From Capsulimonadaceae bacterium (GTDB lineage Bacteria; Armatimonadota; Armatimonadia; Armatimonadales; Capsulimonadaceae), in the NCBI GenBank assembly GCA_965215505.1, contig OZ244065.1, positions 5,088,001-5,152,000 on the forward strand: 64,000 nucleotides of DNA, read 5' to 3'. Within the stretch, counting starts at the first letter, position 1. Each line of letters starts with the position of its first letter. A program made the translations under genes and the position numbers. The notes under the pieces were generated by a model, which saw only the letters and a list, made by a program, of their open reading frames with translations, searched no databases and was not told where the DNA came from. Below, piece by piece: positions 1 to 8,626 of this stretch.

Positions 1-32
1 CTGACGTATCGCCGGGCACGCCGACGCCTGCC

Positions 33-1529
33 GTGTTCGCCTTTGACGTGGCGGCTCCAGCCGCTGCACCGGGCGTGACGCCTCAGCCCGCCGTTGCCGC
101 GTCGCCTCGGCCCGTCCCGGCGGCTGGCGTAACGACGCAAAGCGCCCCGGTCGCCGCACCCGGCACCGTGGATGCGGCCCCGGACCTGACGAAGCAGCCG
201 CAGGTCGTCCAAGCGGTCGCCGCCCAGGAGGCATCCACGCTGGTGGCCGTCAGGGCAGCGCCACTCGGGCTGCCTGTCGCACCTCGGTCGTCGGTGTCAC
301 GCGGCGCGGCGGCGACAAACGGCTCAACTGTCACGGATGGACGAACCGCCAAGGACGGCAAAGTCGCTAGGGATGGCGGCATCCCCATGGAAGGCAGGGG
401 CACCACGGAAGGCAAAGCCGCTACGGAGGGCGGGACCACCAGGGACGGTCAGGCTGCCAGGGATGGCGGGGGCACCACGGACGGCCAGAATGCTATGGAA
501 GGCGGAGGAGCCACGGACGGCAGAATGGTCACGGATGGTCAGCCAGCCAAGGAAGGCGAGCCTGCTAAGGAAGGTGGGATATCCACGGAAAGCCCGGCAG
601 CCACGGACGGTCAGCCTGCCAGGGACGGCGGCAGCGCCACGGACGGCAAGGTATTGATGGCAGCGGGGACGCCGAAAACCGGCCTCAAGTCGGTGGCCCC
701 GCCTGCCGATACTATTACCAGGGTGCAGGCGGCGGGGCTTCAAGCCCCGGTGGTTGACAAGCCTTCCGGGCGGAACGCACAGAGCGCGGGCGGTGAAACG
801 CCCGTGCCGCTCCCGATGCCACTCCCGACACAGGCCGGGGCGGCGGGCGTCGAGGCGAAGCCGCTCTCGGCGGCGGACCGGACCGAGGTGGTCAGGCAGG
901 TGGCGGAAGCGGTCAGCGCGATGCCCCCGCCCGCCAAACCCGGCGCGTCAGAGCAGATGACCTTGCAGCTTCACCCCAAGGAGTGGGGGCAGCTCCAGGT
1001 TTCGGTCACCGTCACGCCCGGCACGACCCCCGGCGCGGCCCAGGCCGTCACCGCCCACGTCGTCACCCAGAACCCGCAGGTCAAGGCGGCACTGGAGAAC
1101 CAGTCCGGCGATCTGCGCCAGGCGCTCCGCGAGGCGGGGCTGCACCTGGATAAGATCAGCGTCACGGTGCAGCGCATGGATGCGAGCGCCCAGACGGGCA
1201 CCGCGACGAGCGGCGGACGGCACGAGGCGAGCCAGGGAGGGGCGGATCAAGGAAGAGTGGGCCAGGGAATGGGCGGCGCGTTCGGGGGAACGACGCCGGA
1301 CCAGAAGACAGGGACGTCAGACGCGGCACGGACGTCGGACGGGACAGGGATGTCGAGCGCCTCGGGCAACGGAATGTCGGGCGCGGCGTCGGGCGGATCA
1401 CCGGGCGGCCGACAGGGAGGTCAACCGCCGACCTACGCGGCGGCTTACGCCCCGGCGGAGCCGGAAGACGCCGCCCCGCTGGAAATGTCGCGAAGACCGG
1501 CGAGCGGCCAGGTGGACATGCGCGCCTGA
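33..1529 (+). CDS. fliK: Flagellar hook-length control protein, probably 5'-truncated by the window edge
   Basis: Low-complexity N-terminus and FliK C-terminal domain (LQLHPKEWGQLQV...VKAALENQSGDLRQALREAGL); lies directly upstream of flgD. Confidence 0.88.
   Translation: MFAFDVAAPAAAPGVTPQPAVAASPRPVPAAGVTTQSAPVAAPGTVDAAPDLTKQPQVVQAVAAQEASTLVAVRAAPLGLPVAPRSSVSRGAAATNGSTVTDGRTAKDGKVARDGGIPMEGRGTTEGKAATEGGTTRDGQAARDGGGTTDGQNAMEGGGATDGRMVTDGQPAKEGEPAKEGGISTESPAATDGQPARDGGSATDGKVLMAAGTPKTGLKSVAPPADTITRVQAAGLQAPVVDKPSGRNAQSAGGETPVPLPMPLPTQAGAAGVEAKPLSAADRTEVVRQVAEAVSAMPPPAKPGASEQMTLQLHPKEWGQLQVSVTVTPGTTPGAAQAVTAHVVTQNPQVKAALENQSGDLRQALREAGLHLDKISVTVQRMDASAQTGTATSGGRHEASQGGADQGRVGQGMGGAFGGTTPDQKTGTSDAARTSDGTGMSSASGNGMSGAASGGSPGGRQGGQPPTYAAAYAPAEPEDAAPLEMSRRPASGQVDMRA
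315..647 (+). repeat. Degenerate 18-nt (hexapeptide xxx[TRKM][DE]G) tandem array inside fliK, about 18-19 units
   Basis: TDG/KDG/RDG/MEG/TEG/KEG recurs every 6 aa. Confidence 0.9.
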
Positions 1530-1563
1530 AAACCTATCCCAAGCACGGCCCAGGAGAACAACG

Positions 1564-1971
1564 ATGACGATCACCCCGACCAACGCCAGCGGGACGGCGA
1601 CCAATGTCGCCGCCGACGGCTCCGCCACGACCGCCGACACCAAAAACCAGTTCCTGCTGCTGCTCGTCAATGAGCTTCAGAACCAGGACCCGACCGCGCC
1701 GACCGACGAAAAAGAGACCCTGTCGCAGCTCGCGCAGTTCTCGCAGCTGGAACAGATACAAAACCTGAACCAGACGCTCACGACGAACTCCGGAGTCGCC
1801 GATGTCGCCCAGAGCGCGACGCTCATCGGCAAGACCGTCTCCACGGGGACGGATACGGATGCAGGTATCTCCGGCGTCGTCTCGTCCGTGTCGCTCACGG
1901 GCGGCAAGACCTTCCTGCAAATCGGCAGCCAGAGCGTGGACGCCTCCACGATCACGAGCATCAAACAGTAA
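1564..1971 (+). CDS. flgD: Flagellar hook capping protein
   Basis: FLLLLVNELQNQDPTAP...LAQFSQLEQ motif; RBS caggag before ATG 1564. Confidence 0.95.
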   Translation: MTITPTNASGTATNVAADGSATTADTKNQFLLLLVNELQNQDPTAPTDEKETLSQLAQFSQLEQIQNLNQTLTTNSGVADVAQSATLIGKTVSTGTDTDAGISGVVSSVSLTGGKTFLQIGSQSVDASTITSIKQ

Positions 1972-1980
1972 GAAACCGCC

Positions 1981-2400
1981 ATGAACCCGATGGACCTGGA
2001 AAACCGAATCCGCACCGCGCCGCCCCTGACTGCCCCCAGAACGCCTGCGGCCGTCAGACCCGCCGCGCCCGGCCCGGACTTCGGCCAGGTATTGTCGGAC
2101 AGGTTGGCGGGCGGGGCGGAGCCGCTGGCCGTCTCGGCGGCCCGCGCCAACGTCAAGTTCTCCGGGCACGCCCAGACGCGGCTTGCCTCGCGCCGCATCA
2201 ACCTCTCGGGCGATGACGTCGCCCGGCTCGGCAGCGCCATCACGAAGGCGGCGGCGAAGGGGTCCAAGGACTCCCTGATGCTGATGGACAAAACGGCTTT
2301 CGTCGTTTCGGTCGCGAACCGCACCGTCATCACGGCGGTCGCCCAGGACTCACTCAAAGACAACATCTTCACGAACATAGATAGCGCGATGATTTTATAA
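1981..2400 (+). CDS. Flagellar operon protein (TIGR02530 family)
   Basis: KFSGHAQTRLASR...KGSKDSL...VVSVANRTVITA...NIFTNIDSA; lies between flgD and flgE. Confidence 0.9.
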   Translation: MNPMDLENRIRTAPPLTAPRTPAAVRPAAPGPDFGQVLSDRLAGGAEPLAVSAARANVKFSGHAQTRLASRRINLSGDDVARLGSAITKAAAKGSKDSLMLMDKTAFVVSVANRTVITAVAQDSLKDNIFTNIDSAMIL

Positions 2401-2518
2401 GCAACAACGCGATCAACCGATCAACTCATCAACCACCGTGGCGGGACCTCCTCAGAGGACGCCGCACCTCGACCCAGGCGCGACAGACTGCGCGCCTCAC
2501 CCAAGGAGCAAGACGACT

Positions 2519-3787
2519 ATGTTACAGGCAATGTACAGCGGCATCTCGGCGATCGAAGCGCACCAGGAGCGGATGGACGTCATCGGCAACAACATCGCCA
2601 ACGTCAACACTACGGCCTACAAGTCCGGCCGCGTCACCTTCCAGGACCAGCTCTCGCAGACCTTGCAGGGTGCCAGCACCCCCAACGCCAACATCGGCGG
2701 CACCAACCCGCAGCAGGTCGGCCTGGGCGTCCGCGTCGGTTCCATCGACACCCTGATGGCGCAGGGAGGCCTCCAGAGCACGACCCGGCCCACCGACATG
2801 GCGATCCAGGGGAACGGTTACTTCATGCTCGGCGACAGCACCGGCGTCTCCTACACCCGTGACGGCTCGTTCAGCCTGGACAGCAACGGCAACCTGGTGA
2901 ACGGGGCCAGCGGCTCCTATGTCCTCGGCTGGAAGGCCGACGCGAACGGCAAGATCGACACCACCAAGCAGATAGACCCCAACTCGCACGTCTCCATCCC
3001 CGTCGGTGGCCTGACCGCCGTCCAGTCCACCTCGACGGCGGCCTTCGGCGGCAACCTGAGCGCGGACGCGGCCATCGAGAACCCTGCGGTCCCCCCGGCC
3101 AACAACCCCACCACCGACCCGAACGCCTACCAGCGCTCGCTGAAGGTCTACGACAGCCTGGGCGAGCCGCAGACGATCAACTTCAGCTTCGTCCGCACCG
3201 GCACGAACTCCTGGAACTGGGGGGCGGCCGGCGACGGCGGGGCCACCGGCGGGGGCACCATCACGTTCGACACGAACGGCAAGCCCGTTCCCGGCGCGGC
3301 CGGGACGGTCACGCTGAACCCGACCGACGGCGCGGCGCAGGGCCAGACCATCACGCCGGACTTCAGCGCGATCACGCAGATCTCGGGGTCGTCGTCCGCC
3401 TCGCCGACGACGCAGAACGGCTTCGGGCCGGGGACGTTGCAGTCGTTCAACGTGGACGAGACCGGTTCGGTGACGGGCATCTTCAATAACGGCCTGACCC
3501 GGACCCTGGGCCAGGTCGCCCTGGCGGACTTCCCGAACCCGGCGGGCCTGGAGCGCAGCGGCGGCAATGACTTCCGCACCTCCATCAACTCCGGCCTGCC
3601 CTCCGTCGGCACCGCCCTGTCCTCGAGCCTGGGCAAGATCAGCACCGGCTACCTGGAGCAGTCCAACGTGGACCTGTCCAATGAGTTCACGAACATGATC
3701 GTCACCCAGCGCGGCTTCCAGGCCAACACCAAGATCGTCACGACCGTGGACCAGATGCTCAACGACGTCATCCAGATGAAGCAGTAG
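2519..3787 (+). CDS. flgE: Flagellar hook protein
   Basis: MDVIGNNIANVNTTAYK N-terminus, LEQSNVDLSNEFTNMIVTQRGFQAN C-terminus. Confidence 0.96.
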   Translation: MLQAMYSGISAIEAHQERMDVIGNNIANVNTTAYKSGRVTFQDQLSQTLQGASTPNANIGGTNPQQVGLGVRVGSIDTLMAQGGLQSTTRPTDMAIQGNGYFMLGDSTGVSYTRDGSFSLDSNGNLVNGASGSYVLGWKADANGKIDTTKQIDPNSHVSIPVGGLTAVQSTSTAAFGGNLSADAAIENPAVPPANNPTTDPNAYQRSLKVYDSLGEPQTINFSFVRTGTNSWNWGAAGDGGATGGGTITFDTNGKPVPGAAGTVTLNPTDGAAQGQTITPDFSAITQISGSSSASPTTQNGFGPGTLQSFNVDETGSVTGIFNNGLTRTLGQVALADFPNPAGLERSGGNDFRTSINSGLPSVGTALSSSLGKISTGYLEQSNVDLSNEFTNMIVTQRGFQANTKIVTTVDQMLNDVIQMKQ

Positions 3788-3848
3788 TCTCTATCGGAGG
3801 GGCGTGACCCATCGCGCCCCTCTTTTCTGCGGCGAAAGAGACTCCACC

Positions 3849-4088
3849 ATGATCACCGTTACCCACTTCGACCAGAGCGAGTTCGTCCTCAACGCCGACC
3901 TGATCGAGTTCGTCGAGTCCAAGCCCGACACCTACATCACCCTGGTCACCGGGAAGAGGCTGCTCGTGCGCGAGACCTCCGCCCAGGTCGTCGCCCGTGT
4001 CGTCGAGTTCCGAAGGCTGGCGGGCATCTTCCCGCGCCCGCCGGTGGCCGGAGTCCGGGCCGGAGAGGAAGCCGCCCAGGACGCCTAA
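3849..4088 (+). CDS. flbD: Flagellar protein FlbD (SwrD) family
   Basis: MITVT...FVLNADLIEFVESKPDTYITLVTGK; lies between flgE and motA. Confidence 0.9.
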   Translation: MITVTHFDQSEFVLNADLIEFVESKPDTYITLVTGKRLLVRETSAQVVARVVEFRRLAGIFPRPPVAGVRAGEEAAQDA

Positions 4089-4118
4089 GCGCGTGAGGGA
4101 GGCGGAGAAACAACCTAA

Positions 4119-4901
4119 ATGGATTTAGCAACGATTATCGGCCTGGTGCTGGCCTGGGGCGCGTTCCTCGGCTCGATCATCATCGAGGGCGGCGAACTGT
4201 CGGCCCTGATCAACCCCTCCGCCGCCCTGCTGGTCTTCGGCGGGACCCTGGGGGCCTCGATGATCTGCTTCCCGCTGTCCACCGTGACCAGCCTGCCCAA
4301 CATCACCAAACAGGCTTTCATGTCCAAAAAGGAAGACTTCGGGCACATCATCAAGACCCTGGTCGGCTACGCCGAGAAGGCCCGGCGCGAGGGCCTGCTG
4401 GCCCTGGAGGAAGAGGCGCATTCGGTGGACGACCCGTTCCTGCGGAAAGGCATCCAGCTCGCCATTGATGGCACCGACCCGGAGCTTGTGCGCGAGATCC
4501 TCCAGACGGACGTCGCGTTCCTGGGTGCCCGCCACCACGAGGGGGCCAATCTGTTCGGGACGATGGGCGGCTTCGCCCCGACCCTGGGCGTCATCGGGAC
4601 CGTGTCCGGGCTGGTCCACATGCTCGCCAACCTTTCCGATCCGGGCAGCATGGGTCCGAGCATCGCGGCGGCCTTCATCGCGACTCTGTACGGCGTCTGC
4701 TCGGCGAACCTGCTGTTCCTGCCCCTGAGCAACAAGCTCAAGGCCGTCTCGCACGAGGAGGTCCTGGTGCGCGAGATCATGACCGAAGGCATCCTGGCGA
4801 TCCAGGCGGGCGACAACCCACGCATCGTCGAGGAGAAGCTGAAGGCGTTCCTGTCGCCCAAGATCCGCCGCGTCATCGAGGCCGAAGCCGCCGCAGCGTA
4901 A
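4119..4901 (+). CDS. motA: Flagellar motor stator protein A
   Basis: ARREGLLALE, APTLGVIGTVSGL and AFIATLYG motifs. Confidence 0.96.
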   Translation: MDLATIIGLVLAWGAFLGSIIIEGGELSALINPSAALLVFGGTLGASMICFPLSTVTSLPNITKQAFMSKKEDFGHIIKTLVGYAEKARREGLLALEEEAHSVDDPFLRKGIQLAIDGTDPELVREILQTDVAFLGARHHEGANLFGTMGGFAPTLGVIGTVSGLVHMLANLSDPGSMGPSIAAAFIATLYGVCSANLLFLPLSNKLKAVSHEEVLVREIMTEGILAIQAGDNPRIVEEKLKAFLSPKIRRVIEAEAAAA

Positions 4902-4969
4902 ACCAAACGTAGCCATGCGGGGAGGGCGCAGGCCCCGAGGGGGGCAGGCCCCAAGCACGCGCATTGAGA

Positions 4970-5040
4970 AGGGCGCACACGCAGGTGCGCCCCTACCAGG
5001 AACGCCCCCGCCCGTAGGGGCGCACCTGCGTGTGCGCCCT
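4970..5040. repeat. Inverted pair of GTAG-type REP palindromes
   Basis: Perfect 27-nt inverted repeat: gtaggggcgcacctgcgtgtgcgccct at 5014-5040 and its reverse complement at 4970-4996. Confidence 0.85.
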
Positions 5041-5091
5041 CTTGAAATCCTATCGTAACGACACACGAAGAACAAGGAAGAGACACGCGCC

Positions 5092-5874
5092 ATGGCAGGC
5101 AAGAAAAAACGGGGCGGCGGCGAGGGGGAGCACGAGAACTCCGAACGCTGGCTGCTGACCTACGCCGACATGATCACCCTCCTGGTGGCCTTCTTCATCA
5201 TGCTCTACTCCATGTCCGTGATGAACCAGGCCAAGTTCCAGCAGCTCGCCATCTCGGTGCGCTCCGGCTTCGGGCAGAGCGCCATGGGCGGCGCCCCGAC
5301 CGTCTTCTCGCGCGGCGGCGGGACGAACGGGACGCCGACCATCATCAACTCCAGCAAGGCCACGCCGACGACCAACGACGACTTCGTCAAAGACGCCAAG
5401 GTCCGGCAGGACGCCGACGGGCTGGACAAGGCTTATGCCGCCGTCAAGGCTTACATCGAGAAGAACGGCCTCAAAGACGCCATGCACGTCGTCCGCAACG
5501 AGCGCGGCGTCGTCGTCACCGTCATGACCGACAAGATGCTGTTCGCGCCCGGCCAGGCCGACCTGCGTCCCGAGGAGCTGACCCTGCTGAACACCGTCGG
5601 CGACGTCATCCGCAAGGCCGTCCCGCAGAACCCCGTCCGGGTCGAGGGCCACACGGACAGCCTGCCGATCCACACCCTGCGCTTCCCCTCCAACTGGGAA
5701 TTGTCCACGACGCGGGCGACCACCGTGTTGCGCTACTTCGAGTCGCGCGGCGTCGGCCCCGACCGCCTGGAGGCCGGCGGCTATGCCGACCAGCGCCCGG
5801 TCAAGGCCAACGACACGGACCTCCACCGCGCGCAGAACCGGCGGGTGGAGATCGTGATCCTGCGGCGGTATTAA
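5092..5874 (+). CDS. motB: Flagellar motor stator protein B
   Basis: WLLTYADMITLL plug, OmpA-like EGHTD...NWELS...NRRVEI. Confidence 0.96.
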   Translation: MAGKKKRGGGEGEHENSERWLLTYADMITLLVAFFIMLYSMSVMNQAKFQQLAISVRSGFGQSAMGGAPTVFSRGGGTNGTPTIINSSKATPTTNDDFVKDAKVRQDADGLDKAYAAVKAYIEKNGLKDAMHVVRNERGVVVTVMTDKMLFAPGQADLRPEELTLLNTVGDVIRKAVPQNPVRVEGHTDSLPIHTLRFPSNWELSTTRATTVLRYFESRGVGPDRLEAGGYADQRPVKANDTDLHRAQNRRVEIVILRRY

Positions 5875-5900
5875 GCGGTAAGAGGACGAGTGACAAGAGG

Positions 5901-6019
5901 ACGAGTGGTTGAAAACCACTCGCTGGGCCAGGTGTCCTTCGGACAGAGGATAAGGCGCATGCGCCGCCTCTGTACGTCCGCAGGACGCTTCTCCTAGCGA
6001 GTGGTTTTCAACCACTCGT
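5901..6019. mobile_element. MITE/REP-like element with 24-nt terminal inverted repeats
   Basis: acgagtggttgaaaaccactcgct ... agcgagtggttttcaaccactcgt with two internal GTCC-n-GGAC hairpins; related copy at 48752-48895. Confidence 0.65.
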
Positions 6020-6028
6020 TTTTCGGCC

Positions 6029-6057
6029 TTGACATATTCTGTCACATAGTATATACT
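6029..6057 (+). promoter_or_regulatory. Sigma70-type promoter of the padR operon with an overlapping palindrome (candidate operator)
   Basis: TTGACA-17 nt-TATACT; AGTATATACT palindrome overlaps the -10 box. Confidence 0.8.
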
Positions 6058-6080
6058 GTGCTCTAGAGGTTCACACAGAC

Positions 6081-6437
6081 ATGGAAAGCGAACTCCTGCG
6101 CGGCAACACGCCGACACTCGTCCTGGCCGCCCTTGCCGAAGGCCCGCAGCACGGCTACGCGATCGCCCAGGAGATCAACAAGCGGACCGGCAATTCCCTG
6201 CGTTTCAAGCAGGGCACGCTCTACCCCGTCCTGCACACCCTGGAGCGCGAGGGCCTGGTCACCGGCGAGTGGCGGCACGACACGGGGGAGCGCCCGCGCC
6301 TCGTCTATGCCATCACCGAGGCGGGGCGGGCGGAGCTGGCGCGTCGAGTGGACGTGTGGCAGACCTTCTCCAATGCCATGAACACCATGATCGGCGGCGT
6401 CCCGAACGGAGGCAGCCCTGATGCACAGCCCGAGTGA
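6081..6437 (+). CDS. PadR family transcriptional regulator
   Basis: HGYAIAQ...GTLYPVLHTLEREGLV...RLVYAITEAGR. Confidence 0.93.
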   Translation: MESELLRGNTPTLVLAALAEGPQHGYAIAQEINKRTGNSLRFKQGTLYPVLHTLEREGLVTGEWRHDTGERPRLVYAITEAGRAELARRVDVWQTFSNAMNTMIGGVPNGGSPDAQPE

Positions 6438-7137
6438 CCAGCCACCGCCCCCGGATGCGCCGTCTGCGGAAGACGGCCGCCGGGCACAAGTGGAGGACTA
6501 TCTGGATTTCCTCTGTGCCCCGCTCCTCGGCATCGTCCCGCACGCCCAGCGGCGGCGTCTGCGGCTGGAAACCGAGGACCACCTGCTGGCGCTGGCGGAA
6601 GACTTCCAGGCGGAGGGCTTCGCGCCCGACGAGGCCGTCGCCGTCGCCCTGCGGGAGTACGGCGAGCCGTGGCGCATCGGGCAGGACTTCGCCGAAGCCT
6701 GGCTGTCCGGCCCGCACCCCTGCCGCTTCGCCCGCTTCACGGACGCCTCGACTCTGCGGGCCTTCGGCTGGTTCGGCGTCTTCAGCGTCCTGACCCTCCT
6801 GCTTGTTGAGCAGCAGTATGTGTTGGGGCCGTTCCAAGAGTCCTTGACGTCGCTCTTCTATTGTCTGGCTGTTCTTTCGCCTCTCGTCGCCGGGGCCCTC
6901 ACGGGCCTAGCACTGAACCCGAGCGCAGGCAGTGGAGCATTGCGGGCCGTGACCCTGCTCGGTTTGGCTTCCGCCGCGACGGGTGTTCTCGTACTGCCCC
7001 ATTGGGAAATCTTGCAGTTCGCTTTGTTTCAGTTCGTGTTCTGGCTCCCCGCTGGCTGCCTCTCCGCCGTCGTGGCCGCCGGACTGCGGCGTCAGATGCG
7101 GCTCCAGAACTTTCGACACATGACGCGCCGCTCCTGA
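6421..7137 (+). CDS. PadR-associated membrane protein (HAAS/permease-prefix-like N-terminus plus about 4 TM helices)
   Basis: VEDYLD...ETEDHL...[13 protein letters not shown] followed by hydrophobic segments. Confidence 0.75.
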   Translation: MHSPSDQPPPPDAPSAEDGRRAQVEDYLDFLCAPLLGIVPHAQRRRLRLETEDHLLALAEDFQAEGFAPDEAVAVALREYGEPWRIGQDFAEAWLSGPHPCRFARFTDASTLRAFGWFGVFSVLTLLLVEQQYVLGPFQESLTSLFYCLAVLSPLVAGALTGLALNPSAGSGALRAVTLLGLASAATGVLVLPHWEILQFALFQFVFWLPAGCLSAVVAAGLRRQMRLQNFRHMTRRS

Positions 7138-7148
7138 AGGAGATTCAG

Positions 7149-7889
7149 ATGAACATCCGCCACGCCCGACGAGGGTTTACGCTCATCGAACTGCTGGTGG
7201 TCATCACCATCATTGGTATTCTAGCCGCGCTGCTGTTTCCCGTCTTCGCGGGGGCGCGTCACCGCGCGAGGGCGACGGTGTGTCTGTCCAACCTGCATCA
7301 GATCGGGCTGGCGACCCAGATGTATGAAGAGGAGGCGGATGGCAAGCTGCCGCCGCACAACCCGGTGGGTGAAGTCAACACGCCCCGCTTCCATCTTCCG
7401 GGCGAGTTGACTTCGTATAACCCCCTCAAAATTGACCCACATCTTTACCTCTGCCCAGAGACGGGAGAACAGGTCCTTTACCCGGACTACACCTTCCGGT
7501 TCCAGATAGATCCGTGGCCGGACCCTCACATGCTCGACCCTCTGCTTTACGACCCCAACCATGTCCGGGCACGCCCTGAGCCGACGGTGGTTCTGGCTTA
7601 CTGCTTCCGACACTTGACGGCAGGCTACCAAGATCACCCAGGGGGGAACATCGTATACACATACGAGAGTATCTGCGCGGCCCATCGGGAAGGCTTTTAC
7701 CTCGTTCTGCGGGAAAGCGGAACGGTACAGCGCGTGCCTGCCAGCCAGGTCAGTGTCTGGACCTATCAGAAGGTAAGCGGGCAGTACACATGGTTCCCGC
7801 TCGCCCCAACGGCGACGACGACGCCGGGTGCTTGGAAGGTGTTCGACGTCTTTCCCGACGAACCCTGGCCGCCGCAGTTCGACAAGTGA
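7149..7889 (+). CDS. Prepilin-type N-terminal cleavage/methylation protein (DUF1559-like)
   Basis: [27 protein letters not shown]...[14 protein letters not shown] aaggag. Confidence 0.9.
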   Translation: MNIRHARRGFTLIELLVVITIIGILAALLFPVFAGARHRARATVCLSNLHQIGLATQMYEEEADGKLPPHNPVGEVNTPRFHLPGELTSYNPLKIDPHLYLCPETGEQVLYPDYTFRFQIDPWPDPHMLDPLLYDPNHVRARPEPTVVLAYCFRHLTAGYQDHPGGNIVYTYESICAAHREGFYLVLRESGTVQRVPASQVSVWTYQKVSGQYTWFPLAPTATTTPGAWKVFDVFPDEPWPPQFDK

Positions 7890-7903
7890 CTTGCTCCCGC
7901 CCG

Positions 7904-7931
7904 TAAAGTTTCCACGCCCCTCTGCCGATAA
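7904..7931 (+). promoter_or_regulatory. Sigma28 (FliA/SigD)-type promoter upstream of fliL
   Basis: TAAA-16 nt-GCCGATAA. Confidence 0.8.
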
Positions 7932-8002
7932 TCACGGTGCGCCCGCCACCAAACGGGCGTCCAATGTGACACAAACGCTTCACGGACGGAGAACCCATAG
8001 GC

Positions 8003-8476
8003 ATGGCCGACAAGAAAGAAGAAAAGAAGGAAGAGGCGGGCAAGAAGAAAGGCCCGCCCATGATGATCATCATGGCGGTGTTCGCCGTGGCCGTCCTGGG
8101 CGCGGCGTTCTTCATGGTCCAGAAGGCCAATGCCAAGCAGAAGACGGCGGAGGTCAAGAAGGTCGAGAAGGGGCCGGTCCTGAGCCTGGACGAGTTCCTG
8201 GTCAACCTGGCCGATCCGGGCAGCGACCACTTCCTGAAGGTCACGGTCGGGCTGGAACTCGACAAGGCCAAGGGCAAAGCGCCCGAGGCTCTGAAGGAAG
8301 ACACGCCGCTGATCCGTGATGCCGTCCTCGCGTCGCTCGCCAGCAAGACGCGCGACCAGCTCGCCGTGGAAGCCGGGCGCGAGAAGCTGAAGGCGGAGAT
8401 CAAGAAGAAAGTCAACGCCGCCCTGGGCGAAGAGGATGTGCAGGGGGTTTACTTCACGAACTTCGTGACGCAGTAA
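8003..8476 (+). CDS. fliL: Flagellar basal body-associated protein
   Basis: One TM helix, FLVNLAD...IRDAV...VYFTNFVTQ. Confidence 0.93.
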   Translation: MADKKEEKKEEAGKKKGPPMMIIMAVFAVAVLGAAFFMVQKANAKQKTAEVKKVEKGPVLSLDEFLVNLADPGSDHFLKVTVGLELDKAKGKAPEALKEDTPLIRDAVLASLASKTRDQLAVEAGREKLKAEIKKKVNAALGEEDVQGVYFTNFVTQ

Positions 8477-8533
8477 GCCGCCGGGGGGAAGTCCGACAAC
8501 AAACTTGTGAACTTTGCGGGGGTGACGTGGAAT

Positions 8534-8573
8534 AACAGACACCGGAGGCGGCAAGCCTCCGGTGTCTGTTTTT
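8534..8573 (+). terminator. Intrinsic terminator-like hairpin between fliL and fliM
   Basis: 16-bp stem aacagacaccggaggc/gcctccggtgtctgtt ending in a T run. Confidence 0.6.
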
Positions 8574-8626
8574 GGTCCCCGGACCCGGTATTTTTGACAG
8601 GCCGACACAGTGAACAGGTAGGCTCA

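Noticed and set aside
700..715. GCCGATAC sigma28 box inside fliK
   Set aside because: It lies within coding sequence, about 850 nt from the next start; chance match likely
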